DNA of 64,000 nucleotides, taken from the NCBI GenBank assembly GCA_020161265.1, contig JAIUOC010000003.1, positions 363,024 to 427,023 on the forward strand, in the 5' to 3' direction. Shown in pieces: positions 19,140-28,894 of this stretch. The number at the start of each line of letters is the position of its first letter. The stretch's first letter is position 1. The notes under the pieces were generated by a model. The model had not been told where the DNA came from and did no database searches. It saw nothing but the letters and a program-made list of their open reading frames with translations. A program made the position numbers and the translations under genes. This stretch comes from Chloroflexota bacterium. GTDB lineage: Bacteria; Chloroflexota; Chloroflexia; Chloroflexales; Herpetosiphonaceae.

Positions 19140-21020
19140 ATGAACATTATCAATTTAGAAACTATTTCCAAAGCCTATGGCCCTAAAGTGTTGTTTGAAA
19201 ATATTTCTTTAGGCTTAGCAAGCGGCGATCGAATTGGCTTAATCGGGGTCAATGGCAGTGGTAAATCGACCTTATTAAAAATTGCTGCTGGTTTAGAACA
19301 ACCAGATACTGGCCGCGTAACCTTGCGCAAAGATTGCCGAATTGGCTATTTGGCTCAAGATCCGCCGATGGATGCCAACCAAACGGTGTTGGAATATGTG
19401 TATGCGGCGGCGGGCGAAGGTGCAACCTTGCTTAGCCAATATACGCTTGCCAGTGTGCAGCTTGAGCAAGACCCTAACGATACCAAAGCGCTGGCTGCCG
19501 TAGCCGAGTTGAGCGAACGTTTGACCACGCTTGATGCTTGGGATACCGAGTTGAGCGCTCGAACGGTGCTTTCGCGGCTTGGCATTACCACGCTTGATGC
19601 CCAACTTGGCACGCTCTCTGGCGGCCAACGCAAGCGTGTGGCGATGGCGCGGGTGCTGATCGAAAAGCCCGATTTGCTGATTCTCGATGAGCCAACCAAC
19701 CATATCGACCCAACTACCGTGGCTTGGCTGGAAGGTTATTTAGCCAATTTGCAAGGCGCGTTGCTGCTGATCACCCACGATCGCTACTTTTTGGATCGGG
19801 TGGTGACGGCGATTGTTGAGCTTGAAGATCATCAATTATTTTCGTATCCAGGCAATTACGAGCGCTTTGTGGTCGAACGAATTGAGCGCGAACGCCAACG
19901 CGCCAAGGCCGAGCTTGACCATCGCAACGAGGTGCGCCGCGAATTGGCTTGGTTGCGTCAAGGTGCGCAAGCTCGAACCACCAAACAACAAGCCCGCGTC
20001 GATCGCGCTAATGCCTTGATCAACCAAGAGCGCCGCCAAGAGCGTGGAACCTTGGAGCTTGAATCGACAGGCCGACGGATTGGCAAAAAGCTGATCGAAA
20101 TGCATGGCGTGAATAAGCAAATTGCTGGCAAAACCTTGCTGAGCAATTTTGAATATCAGCTTACTCGCGACGATCGGCTGGGAATTATCGGCCCAAACGG
20201 GGTTGGCAAATCGACCTTGCTCAATTTGATCGCAGGCCGTTTGCAGCCTGATAGTGGCGAATTGGTGGTGGGCGAAACCATCCATGTGGCCTATTACGAT
20301 CAAAGTAGCAGCGATCTTAACCCCAACCAACGCTTGATCGATTATGTCAGTGATGGTGCTGAGTTGGTGCAAACAGGCGAGGGTTTACGCACCGCCAGCC
20401 AAATGCTTGAGCGCTTTTTGTTCCCGAATAATCAGCATTGGGATTATATCCACAGCTTGTCGGGGGGCGAACGCCGCCGCCTTTATTTATTACGAACCCT
20501 GATGCGCAATCCCAATGTGTTGCTGCTCGACGAACCCAGCAACGATCTTGATGTGCAGACGATTGCAATTTTGGAAGAATACATTGAGCAATTTAATGGC
20601 GCAGTGATTATCGTCTCGCACGATCGGGCTTTTCTCGATAACACGGTTGATCATTTGCTGATTTTCGAGGGCGATGGCAAGGTGCGCCACTTCCCAGGCG
20701 ATTACTCGGCCTATCGTGAAGTCTACGAACGCGAGCAATCAGCACTCAAGGCTGTAACCAAACCGTCAACTCAAGAGCGGCCACGCGAGCAAAAACCGCG
20801 TAAACTGAGCTTCAAAGAGCAACGCGAATTGAGCGAACTCGAAAAAACCATCGCCAACTTAGAAGCCCGCCAAAACGAATTGAATGCAGCATTGAATAAC
20901 GCAGGCAGCGATTATCAAGCCTATACCCGTTTGCACACCGAACTTGAGCAGGTCAGCCAAAGCTTAGAACAAAGCTACGAACGCTGGATGGAACTTTCTG
21001 AGCTAGCGTCGGCTTCGTAA
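19140..21020 (+). CDS. ABC-F family ATPase (tandem ABC domains, no permease), Uup/EttA-like
   Basis: Two Walker A sites (GVNGSGKST, GPNGVGKST), two signatures (LSGGQRKR, LSGGERRR), C-terminal coiled coil. Confidence 0.9.
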   Translation: MNIINLETISKAYGPKVLFENISLGLASGDRIGLIGVNGSGKSTLLKIAAGLEQPDTGRVTLRKDCRIGYLAQDPPMDANQTVLEYVYAAAGEGATLLSQYTLASVQLEQDPNDTKALAAVAELSERLTTLDAWDTELSARTVLSRLGITTLDAQLGTLSGGQRKRVAMARVLIEKPDLLILDEPTNHIDPTTVAWLEGYLANLQGALLLITHDRYFLDRVVTAIVELEDHQLFSYPGNYERFVVERIERERQRAKAELDHRNEVRRELAWLRQGAQARTTKQQARVDRANALINQERRQERGTLELESTGRRIGKKLIEMHGVNKQIAGKTLLSNFEYQLTRDDRLGIIGPNGVGKSTLLNLIAGRLQPDSGELVVGETIHVAYYDQSSSDLNPNQRLIDYVSDGAELVQTGEGLRTASQMLERFLFPNNQHWDYIHSLSGGERRRLYLLRTLMRNPNVLLLDEPSNDLDVQTIAILEEYIEQFNGAVIIVSHDRAFLDNTVDHLLIFEGDGKVRHFPGDYSAYREVYEREQSALKAVTKPSTQERPREQKPRKLSFKEQRELSELEKTIANLEARQNELNAALNNAGSDYQAYTRLHTELEQVSQSLEQSYERWMELSELASAS

Positions 21021-21043
21021 TTTTCAGCGCATGGAGCACAGGA

Positions 21044-22639
21044 ATGCAAGCAACACCCGAACTAATTTTGATTGTGGATGATCAAACCACCAATGTGATG
21101 GTGTTACAGCGGATGTTGGAACGCGCTGGTTATGCTACTGCCTGTGCTCGCAGCGGCTTCGAAGCCTTGACCATGCTCGAACAGCAAGTCCCCGATTTGA
21201 TTTTACTTGACGTAATGATGCCGGAAATGGATGGCTACCAGACGTTGCAGGCAATTCGTGAGCGCAACCATCTGCCATTTATTCCAATTATCTTTGTTTC
21301 GGCCAAGCAAACCACCGCCGATACGGTAACTGGGTTGGATTTGGGCGCTGATGATTACGTTACCAAGCCCGTCAATCGTGATGAATTGCTGGCTCGTATG
21401 CGCGTGCTGTTGCGCTTGAAACATACGCGCCGTGCGCTCCATCGGGAACAAGAACGTTTGCGCTTTCTCTATCGGGTTTCGCAAACCTTGCATCGCTCGT
21501 TGGATATTGATCAAGTGTTGCCCGAAGCCTTGAATGCGATCAACGAGCTGTTGGGAGCCAGCCGTGGTAGCGTGTTGCTGCTCGATGATCAAAATCGGGT
21601 TTGGCGGCGGATTCTGTTTCGACCACATTTGCCGCCTGCCGAGGCTGAACAAGCGATTCAGGCGGTGCTACGTGAAGGCTTGGCCTCGTATGCCTTGCGC
21701 ACTGGCGAAGTCCAAATCGTCGAAGATGCCCAAAACGATCCCCGTTGGAAGCATTTTTATGATGATCGTGAGGAAATTGGCTCGGCGCTGGCCTTGCCAT
21801 TACATAATTATGCCCAAAATACGATCATCGGCGTATTTATCTTGGTGCATCCCCAACGTAATTTCTTCCGCACCGAGCTAGAAACCCTGATCAAAGCATT
21901 GACTGATCAATTAAGCGTGGCCTTGACCAATGCGGCGGTCTACACCCGTTTGCGCGAAGCTGAAGATAGCCGCGATGGCTTTATTCAAATGCTGACCCAC
22001 GACTTACGCGCACCGTTGGCAGGCATGGTTGGCTGCTTCGATGCCTTGATGACCACCCAGCTTGATGATGATGGCAAATTGTTTGTCGAGCTTGGCTTTC
22101 GAGCCGGAGCTGCCCAACAACGCCTGATCGACGATTTGCTCGATGTGTATAAGGCTGAGGCTGGGCGTTTGGTGCTTAGCCAGGAAACCACCAGCTTGCA
22201 GCGTTTGGGTGAATTGCTGAGTGAGCAAGTTTTGGGAATTACGGTTGAACAACAACTAAGCTTTGAGCTTGATCTGCCAGCCGAGCCATTGGTGGTGCTT
22301 GATGAGCATAAAATGGTGCGCGTATTGGCCAATTTGGTCAGCAATGGCATCAAATGGACGCGGCCAGGTGGTACAATTCGCGTGGTTGGCACGGTTGATC
22401 AAGCGCAGCAACTGATTACCCTAAACGTCAGCGATACGGGGCAGGGGATTGCTGCCGAAGATATTCCGCATATTTTCGATAAATTTTATCAAGGTCGTAC
22501 TACCGCCCAATCGCGGGGTACTGGGCTGGGCTTGACCTTTTGCAATTTAGCGGTTGGTGCTCATGGCGGCACAATTAGCGTGGATAGCCAAGTAGGCAAG
22601 GGGACGACGGTCACCGTGCAGCTACCTTGGAAGGAGTAA
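21044..22639 (+). CDS. hybrid signalling protein: receiver + GAF + histidine kinase (HisKA/HATPase_c)
   Basis: N-terminal REC (LIVDDQ...LILLDVMMPEMDG...AKQ), GAF-like middle region, H-box MLTHDLRAPL, G-boxes SDTGQGI and GTGLGLT. Confidence 0.85.
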   Translation: MQATPELILIVDDQTTNVMVLQRMLERAGYATACARSGFEALTMLEQQVPDLILLDVMMPEMDGYQTLQAIRERNHLPFIPIIFVSAKQTTADTVTGLDLGADDYVTKPVNRDELLARMRVLLRLKHTRRALHREQERLRFLYRVSQTLHRSLDIDQVLPEALNAINELLGASRGSVLLLDDQNRVWRRILFRPHLPPAEAEQAIQAVLREGLASYALRTGEVQIVEDAQNDPRWKHFYDDREEIGSALALPLHNYAQNTIIGVFILVHPQRNFFRTELETLIKALTDQLSVALTNAAVYTRLREAEDSRDGFIQMLTHDLRAPLAGMVGCFDALMTTQLDDDGKLFVELGFRAGAAQQRLIDDLLDVYKAEAGRLVLSQETTSLQRLGELLSEQVLGITVEQQLSFELDLPAEPLVVLDEHKMVRVLANLVSNGIKWTRPGGTIRVVGTVDQAQQLITLNVSDTGQGIAAEDIPHIFDKFYQGRTTAQSRGTGLGLTFCNLAVGAHGGTISVDSQVGKGTTVTVQLPWKE

Positions 22640-22645
22640 CACCCG

Positions 22646-23356
22646 ATGCCAGCACGATGGCGTATTCTTGTAGTTGATGATGACACGATTATTCGCCGCA
22701 CGCTCGTGAGCAATTTGCTTAACGATGGGTTTGAAGTAATGGCGGCAGAATCAGGCCAATCGGCCTTGACCATGGTCGAAAGTTCATGGCCTGATCTGGC
22801 GATTCTCGATTTGATGATGCCTGGCATGACTGGTTTTGAACTATCCGACCGTTTGCGGCGCTATGTGGAAATTCCAGTGATTATGCTGACCTCGATTTCC
22901 GATGAGGCTACAACTGTACGCGGCCTTGAGCAGCATGCCGATGATTATATGACCAAGCCCTACCGCTACCCTGAATTGCGTGCACGGGTCAATAAACTGC
23001 TGACCAAATCGTATGAAGGTGGCTTGCATCCAGGCGAGTTGGTGGTAATTGACGAAGATCTCTCAGTTAATTTTGGTCAGCATATTCTGTTGCGCAAAGG
23101 TGAGGCAATTCCGTTGGAGCCGATTGAGCTACGGGTCTTGTACTTACTGTTGCAAACACCAACTGTGGCGGTGGCAACCACAACCCTGTTGCGCAAGGCT
23201 TGGGGCTTGGGCGAAGAGGGTGATCAATCCTCGTTGTGGGTGCGAATTCGCTCGTTGCGCACCAAACTTGAGGACAATCCATCAAAGCCAATCTACTTAA
23301 AGACTGTGCGTGGCGTGGGCTATGTGTTCGACGTGCAACCACGGCGCGGCTTGTAA
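22646..23356 (+). CDS. OmpR/PhoB-family response regulator (REC + winged helix)
   Basis: ILVVDDD...LAILDLMMPGMTG. C-terminal trans_reg_C (YLKTVRGVGYVFD). Confidence 0.85.
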   Translation: MPARWRILVVDDDTIIRRTLVSNLLNDGFEVMAAESGQSALTMVESSWPDLAILDLMMPGMTGFELSDRLRRYVEIPVIMLTSISDEATTVRGLEQHADDYMTKPYRYPELRARVNKLLTKSYEGGLHPGELVVIDEDLSVNFGQHILLRKGEAIPLEPIELRVLYLLLQTPTVAVATTTLLRKAWGLGEEGDQSSLWVRIRSLRTKLEDNPSKPIYLKTVRGVGYVFDVQPRRGL

Positions 23357-23423
23357 TCTTACTCGTAAACTTACATTCTTATAGTGGTGGTGATGGTTGC
23401 CCAAATGATCCATCGCTATAAGG

Positions 23424-23756
23424 ATGTTAAGTATGCTAAAGACTGTTTTGCTGGTTGATCCCGACTGGATCACCCGAACGCTCATGAGATATCACCTTCG
23501 CCGGGCAGGCTATACAGTCTACGAAGCCGATTCCTGCACTCTCGCGGCTCAACTGAACGAGCAATATCAGCCAGAATTTATCATCCTTGATGAAGCGATT
23601 TCAACCGAGCACAGCAATGCGCTCAATTGCCGCGATCATCAGAACTATATTTTGCTGACCGATCTGCCGCAACCCCGAACCACTGGCCGTTTGAGCTTAG
23701 CCAAGCCAATTACTGGCCATAATTTAATTAGCCAATTACAAGCCTATCGGGCATAG
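23424..23756 (+). CDS. single-domain receiver (CheY-like) protein, slightly atypical (D-P-D in place of the acidic pair)
   Basis: LLVDPD, phospho-acceptor position IILDE, LLTD, AKP. All the canonical receiver positions can be aligned. Confidence 0.5.
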   Translation: MLSMLKTVLLVDPDWITRTLMRYHLRRAGYTVYEADSCTLAAQLNEQYQPEFIILDEAISTEHSNALNCRDHQNYILLTDLPQPRTTGRLSLAKPITGHNLISQLQAYRA

Positions 23757-23759
23757 GCG

Positions 23760-23997
23760 CTAGGGGTCGGCTATCCGGCGCATAGTTTTGAGCCACGAAG
23801 AACACGCAAATTGTTTTTTGATCCACGAAGAGCACGAAGCACACGAAGGTTAGATTTTTTGCTGTGAATTGCCCGAAACATGTTCCGATAGCCCAAAGCC
23901 TATCGCCATTCAGATCTCTGCGCCTCTGCGTTGAATAGTGTGATCCTCAATTTTTGATGGTTGCTTTCATCCCTCATCCCTCATCCTTCATCCTTAC
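23760..23997. repeat. mosaic intergenic repeat R2 (CACGAAG modules, CTATAGC/CGATAGC module, CTCTGCG module, TCATCCC heptamer array)
   Basis: gagccacgaagaacacg...gatccacgaagagcacgaagcacacgaagg; ccgatagcccaaagcctatcgccat; tctctgcgcctctgcgtt; catccctcatccctcatccttcatcctta. Confidence 0.6.
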
Positions 23998-24138
23998 AAA
24001 TTACTTGCTTTAGTACGCTTGACAGTTGGGCTACCTTGCGACTATGCTAAGCTACGATTTGCTGCTTTAGAACGCGCCATTTGTGATGATTCAATGCTTG
24101 GTTGCTGCTCAATTGAGCCATACAACCATTATTGAATC

Positions 24139-24585
24139 ATGCGGGAGCCTATTGTGAGCCAAGTTGAGGATCAATTGGCGCAATTTGTGGTTTTTATCCT
24201 CGATCAAGAACGGTTTGCTTTGCCAGTTGAGCAGGCGCGTGGCATCGAACGTTGGCGTAATCCAACTCGCATTCCAGGCACTGCAACCGCGATTATGGGG
24301 ATTATCAATCAGCGCGGGGTGCTGCTGACGGTGGTTGATATGCGGGTGGTTTTAGGCATGAAGCCAATTACCCCGACTCGGCGTAGTCGTTTTTTGCTCG
24401 TTCACGAACAGATCGATTGTGCAATCGCGGTTGATCAGGTGATCGATATGTTGACCTTGGATGTGGGTTTGGCTGAGCCAACTCCCCATCGTGGAACGGT
24501 CGCTAGCCGAGGTTTGCTGCCAACGCCGTTTGGGTTTGCAACCTGGCTTGATCTTAATGCCCTACTTGGGTCGATCAATGGTTAA
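24139..24585 (+). CDS. cheW: CheW-like coupling protein 1
   Basis: 148 aa single CheW domain (FVVFILDQERFALPVEQARGIER...GIINQRGVLLTVVDMRVVLG). Confidence 0.8.
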   Translation: MREPIVSQVEDQLAQFVVFILDQERFALPVEQARGIERWRNPTRIPGTATAIMGIINQRGVLLTVVDMRVVLGMKPITPTRRSRFLLVHEQIDCAIAVDQVIDMLTLDVGLAEPTPHRGTVASRGLLPTPFGFATWLDLNALLGSING

Positions 24586-24997
24586 CCCAGTCATTGTCAG
24601 CGATCTTTATCCAGTTAATGTTGGCGATCAAACGATCTTGATTCGCCAAACCGCCTTGGTTGGTGTGGATTATGTTGCCAATAGCGGGCAACCAATTAGT
24701 AGCGTGGTTCAGCAATCTAATCCAATCGATGTCATTGACTTAAATCAGTGGCTCCAGCAGCCAATTGGCCAACAAGCCAATCGCTTAGCCTTATTTGTGG
24801 TTGGGCAAACAGCTATGGGCGTGGTAGTCGATCAATTGGGCGACCCGATTAGCACAGCCTTGAGCCTGCAACCACTGCCAAGCCTAGTTTCCGATAGCTT
24901 GCTCGACCCCAGCATTTTGGGCATTATTATGCTCGATGAACGCCCATGCCTCATGCTTGATCTTGAACTGTTTGTGCTGGTACACGCCAAGCGCTAG
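24578..24997 (+). CDS. CheW-like coupling protein 2 (divergent)
   Basis: About 139 aa. Its ATG at 24578 overlaps the cheW-1 stop (ATGGTTAA). Hydrophobic CheW-like core (LALFVVGQTAMGVVVDQLGDPIS...ILGIIMLDERPCLMLDLELF). The ORF-track start at 24461 is an upstream in-frame extension. Confidence 0.6.
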   Translation: MVNPVIVSDLYPVNVGDQTILIRQTALVGVDYVANSGQPISSVVQQSNPIDVIDLNQWLQQPIGQQANRLALFVVGQTAMGVVVDQLGDPISTALSLQPLPSLVSDSLLDPSILGIIMLDERPCLMLDLELFVLVHAKR

Positions 24998-25019
24998 ACC
25001 AGTGCCAAGGAGTCTGCTC

Positions 25020-26519
25020 ATGGCGAATTTAGGTTCGCTTTTCTCGCTCGATTTTACGAATTTGACTGATCGCCGCCGCGTGATTATGCGGATTGTTGCC
25101 TTGGCTGCCTTGGTTGTGCCTTTTTTAGTGGTCTTGGTGGCGTGGATTTACGAGCGCAATAATCCACAATTGTGGGATGCCCTTGGGGTTTTGTTTGTCT
25201 CGATGGGCGCGGTTTGGTTGATTGCCTTGTTCAGCTTGCGCATGATTAATCAAGGCCAAGATCAAATTGTTACCTATGTTTTAATTGGCACAATTTCGTT
25301 GTCAGCCTTGGCTTGTGCCGTGCGCTATGGCGGCATCGATCAAAGCCTGATTGTCTCGCTGTTGCTGGTGATGCTGTTTATTGTCGGTTTGGTCGCAACA
25401 TGGCGCGAAATTGTCTCGTATGGCGTTGCGATTACCTTAGCGTATGGTCTGTTATTACTGCTCAAGGGCAACCTTGAATCATTTCGAGTGACAACCCTGA
25501 CCGCTGCCAATAACGCCGGGGTCTATGGCGTTGGGGCGGTGCTGTTTTTTGTTGGCTTGGCTACCACGATTGTCCTGACCACGATTTTTAGCCGTGCTTT
25601 GGCTGAATATTCGCAAAAAAGTGAGCAATGGACAGCCGATTTGATGCGGGCCAATGAGCAGTTGATCGAGAAAAATATTCAGCAGATCGAGCTTGGCACT
25701 GATCTTTCGTTTGCCGCTACCGAATTATCGGCAGCCTCGCAACAACAAGCTTCGGGGGCAACTGAGCAAGCCTCGGCTGTGGCAGAAGTTTCATCAACCA
25801 TCGAAGAATTGGGCTTTACAGCGCGACAAATCGCTAGTGCCTCGGATCAAGTCAGTATTGCCGCTCAACAAACCTTGACCTCGTTGGCCATGGGCCAGCA
25901 ATCGGTTGATGAAGCGATTCAAGGTATGGAGCGGATCAAGCAGCGGGTACAAGAGGTTTCTTCGCGAGTTTTGAGCTTGGGCGAACGTTCGCATCATATT
26001 AGCGAAATTATTGCCTTGATCGATGATGTTTCCGATGAAACCCACCTGCTGGCCTTGAATGCGGCGATTGAAGCGGCTGGAGCTGGCGAACATGGCCGCC
26101 GATTTGCCGTAGTTGCCGCCGAAGTCAAGAGCTTGGCCAATCGTACTTTGGCGGCTTCGCGCGAAGTTAAAGATGTGATTGCCGAAATTCAGGCTGCGAC
26201 CAACGCCTCAGTGCTGGCCACCGAAGAGAGCGTCAAAGAAGTCGAACAAGGGGTCAGCTTGGCTCATCGTGCTGGCCAAGAGATGGATTCAATTGTGGTT
26301 TTGGGCGAACATACTGCCCAATTAGCCCAAGAAATTAGCCTAGCAACCGCTCAACAACAAACTGCATCGGAGCAAGTTGTTGAAACCATGCGTGAAATTG
26401 CCGAAGTCTCACGTCAAACGGCGGCTGGTTCGCGCCAAACTGCCGACGCTGCATCCAAACTCACCGCGATTGCAAATCGCTTGCATTCGTTGGTCAACAT
26501 TGATGCCAATACACGCTAA
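25020..26519 (+). CDS. methyl-accepting chemotaxis protein with a multi-TM (about 6 helices) N-terminal module and no periplasmic or HAMP domain
   Basis: Start MANLGSLFSL. About 200 aa of consecutive hydrophobic helices, then the MCP signalling domain (LLALNAAIEAAGAGEHGRRFAVVAAEVKSLANRT). Confidence 0.85.
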   Translation: MANLGSLFSLDFTNLTDRRRVIMRIVALAALVVPFLVVLVAWIYERNNPQLWDALGVLFVSMGAVWLIALFSLRMINQGQDQIVTYVLIGTISLSALACAVRYGGIDQSLIVSLLLVMLFIVGLVATWREIVSYGVAITLAYGLLLLLKGNLESFRVTTLTAANNAGVYGVGAVLFFVGLATTIVLTTIFSRALAEYSQKSEQWTADLMRANEQLIEKNIQQIELGTDLSFAATELSAASQQQASGATEQASAVAEVSSTIEELGFTARQIASASDQVSIAAQQTLTSLAMGQQSVDEAIQGMERIKQRVQEVSSRVLSLGERSHHISEIIALIDDVSDETHLLALNAAIEAAGAGEHGRRFAVVAAEVKSLANRTLAASREVKDVIAEIQAATNASVLATEESVKEVEQGVSLAHRAGQEMDSIVVLGEHTAQLAQEISLATAQQQTASEQVVETMREIAEVSRQTAAGSRQTADAASKLTAIANRLHSLVNIDANTR

Positions 26520-26534
26520 GCGAGGAGCTATCGC

Positions 26535-28844
26535 ATGGGCGGTTTTGATTTATCAGCATTTTTTGGCCAGTTTCGCGAAGAAACTGAAGAGAATGTGCGG
26601 GCCTTGACCACAGGCTTATTGGCCTTGGAGTCAAACCCAGGCGATCGCGAAGCGATTGATACGATTTTTCGGGCGGCACATACGATCAAAGGCTCGGCGC
26701 GCATGCTGGGTCAAGTCGATATGGGTCGTTTGGCACATACCATGGAAAGTTTGCTTTCGGCCTTGCGCAGTGGCATGCTAGCCATGAATTCGAGCATTAA
26801 CGATGTGCTGCTGGCCAGTGTTGATGTGCTGCTAGTGCTGAATTCCCAAGTCAACGAGCCGCCGCCAACCGATCCCAACGTTGATCGTTTGGTGGAGCAA
26901 CTGAATGCCTTGGCGGCTGGTGAAAGCTTGCCGACTGCGCCAATAGCGCCTAAAGCTGCGCCAATTGTCGCGCCAGTGGCCGAACCAGAACCTGAGCCAG
27001 CGCCAGTTGTGCTTGAGCAACCCAAGCCCGAACCAGTGGTTGCTAAGCCAGCCGTGCCTGCCAAACCCAAAAAATCAGCCTCAGCCGAAGCCCCCAAGCC
27101 AGTGATTAGCACTCGTTCGACCGTGCGTGTGCCAATTTCGCGCTTAGATCGGTTGTTGAATACCGCTGGTGAGTTGGTGGTGACCCGTCAATTGCACCTT
27201 GAGCATGTCGCCGATCTTGAGGCTTTGGATAAATTGCTGACCAAAAGTGAGCGCCTGAGCCAACAATTGAGCGAGCGCTTGACGGGCCAACGCGTGACCT
27301 TTCAGCAACGGCGCGAGGCCAGCGAATTAGCCAGCCAACTGCAAAATCTGGCCCAATCGACGCGCAATCAGTTGCGCTTGCTCACCGAGCGTTGGAGCAG
27401 CCATAGCGCTGCTAGCGAGGCCTTGGTCGATGAACTTGAAGCCGAGGTCATGGCGACCCGTTTGCAACCTGTGGCTGGTTTGTTTGCGCCAATTCCTCGG
27501 GCCGTGCGCGAGCTGGCTCGTTCGTTGGGCAAAGAAGTTAACTTAATCACCGAAGGCGAAACCACCGAGGCCGACCGCAAAGTGATTGAGTTAATGGCTG
27601 ATCCGTTGGTACATTTGGTGCGCAACGCGCTTGATCATGGCATCGAAAGCCCCGATGAGCGTGTGAAAGCTCACAAGTCTGCCGAAGCAAGCTTGCGTTT
27701 AGAAGCTCGCTCGTTGGGCGGCACAATTGAAATTATTATCAGCGACGATGGCCGTGGAATCGATCCAGCAGTGATTCGGGCAACTGCAATTAAACGGGGA
27801 ATTATCGAGGCTGATGCCGCGACTCGCTTGCGTGATGAAGAAGCTTTGGAGTTAATCTGGCAGCCTGGTTTTTCCACCAGCGCAATCATCACCGATGTTT
27901 CAGGCCGTGGCGTGGGCATGGATGTGGTGCGGGCGGCAGTGACCGAGGTTGGCGGGCGGGTCGATGTGCATTCGGTGCTTGGCCAAGGCACGACCTTCAC
28001 GCTGATTTTGCCAATTACCTTGCTGACCACGCGCGTGTTGTTATTTGATGTGGCTGGCACGACCTATGCCTTGCCCTCGACCGCCTGTTTAGGTGGGCGG
28101 CGGGTTGCTGGCGGGCAAATTCAGACCGTCGAAGGGCGACCAACCGTACGGGTTGATGAGCGCAGCGTGAGCATTGTAGCGCTTGCGCCCTTGCTTGAGC
28201 AGCGCGGCCCCTTGCCACAACCATCGGATATTTCCAATTTGGTGATTTTGGGGCCAGCTAATCGCCCATTGGCCTTGCTTGTCGATAAATTGGTCGATGA
28301 ACGTGAGGTGGTGGTTAAATCGTTGGGCGCGTTGTTGAACGAACAGCGTTTATGCACTGGTGCGATTGCCCTGCCTGATGGGCGTTTGGTGTTAGTGCTC
28401 AATCCCTTGGCGATTGCGGCGCGGGCGCGTGAATGGGGCAAACCAGTCGCTTTGCCAGCGCCAACCAAGCTCCAACCCGCCAAATTATTGGTCGCGGAAG
28501 ATTCATTTACCACCCGCGAACTACTTCGCTCAATGCTGCAATCGGCGGGCTATGTGGTTGAAACGGCGATTAACGGCCAAGATGCGCTTGACAAGCTCAA
28601 TCACAATTCCTACGATCTGCTGGTAAGCGATGTTGAAATGCCGTTGCTAACTGGCTTTGAGCTAACCCGCCGTGTGCGTGCCCATGACCGTTTGCGCCAA
28701 CTGCCAATTATCATTATCACCAGCTTGGCCCGCGATAGCGATCGGCGTGAAGGCTTGTTGGCTGGTGCGCAAGCCTATATCGTCAAAAGCCAGTTTGATC
28801 AAAGCAACTTGCTCGAAACGATTCATCAATTACTTGGTCGCTAA
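26535..28844 (+). CDS. cheA: CheA histidine kinase fused to a C-terminal receiver (CheA-REC hybrid)
   Basis: P1 Hpt (FRAAHTIKGSARMLG), Pro/Ala/Glu-rich linker, HATPase (SDDGRGID, GRGVGMDVV, GQGTTF), P5 CheW-like, C-terminal REC (LLVAEDS...LLVSDVEMP...KS). Confidence 0.9.
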   Translation: MGGFDLSAFFGQFREETEENVRALTTGLLALESNPGDREAIDTIFRAAHTIKGSARMLGQVDMGRLAHTMESLLSALRSGMLAMNSSINDVLLASVDVLLVLNSQVNEPPPTDPNVDRLVEQLNALAAGESLPTAPIAPKAAPIVAPVAEPEPEPAPVVLEQPKPEPVVAKPAVPAKPKKSASAEAPKPVISTRSTVRVPISRLDRLLNTAGELVVTRQLHLEHVADLEALDKLLTKSERLSQQLSERLTGQRVTFQQRREASELASQLQNLAQSTRNQLRLLTERWSSHSAASEALVDELEAEVMATRLQPVAGLFAPIPRAVRELARSLGKEVNLITEGETTEADRKVIELMADPLVHLVRNALDHGIESPDERVKAHKSAEASLRLEARSLGGTIEIIISDDGRGIDPAVIRATAIKRGIIEADAATRLRDEEALELIWQPGFSTSAIITDVSGRGVGMDVVRAAVTEVGGRVDVHSVLGQGTTFTLILPITLLTTRVLLFDVAGTTYALPSTACLGGRRVAGGQIQTVEGRPTVRVDERSVSIVALAPLLEQRGPLPQPSDISNLVILGPANRPLALLVDKLVDEREVVVKSLGALLNEQRLCTGAIALPDGRLVLVLNPLAIAARAREWGKPVALPAPTKLQPAKLLVAEDSFTTRELLRSMLQSAGYVVETAINGQDALDKLNHNSYDLLVSDVEMPLLTGFELTRRVRAHDRLRQLPIIIITSLARDSDRREGLLAGAQAYIVKSQFDQSNLLETIHQLLGR

Positions 28845-28894
28845 AGTAGCGCCGCCCGAATCAAGGCTTATCTGCCCCTGCGAGGAGTTTTTCA

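Noticed and set aside
19293-19703. Minus-strand ORFs inside the ABC-F gene
   Set aside because: They are antisense to a strongly supported two-ABC-domain protein, with no motifs.
24461-24577. Upstream extension of the second CheW ORF given in the ORF track
   Set aside because: It overlaps cheW-1 in another frame. The ATG at 24578 forms the typical ATGGTTAA stop/start coupling and yields a normal-sized CheW domain.
26711-27112. 133-codon minus-strand ORF rich in Gly/Ser/Ala
   Set aside because: It is antisense to the Pro/Ala-rich linker of cheA. The composition-driven open frame gives no independent support.
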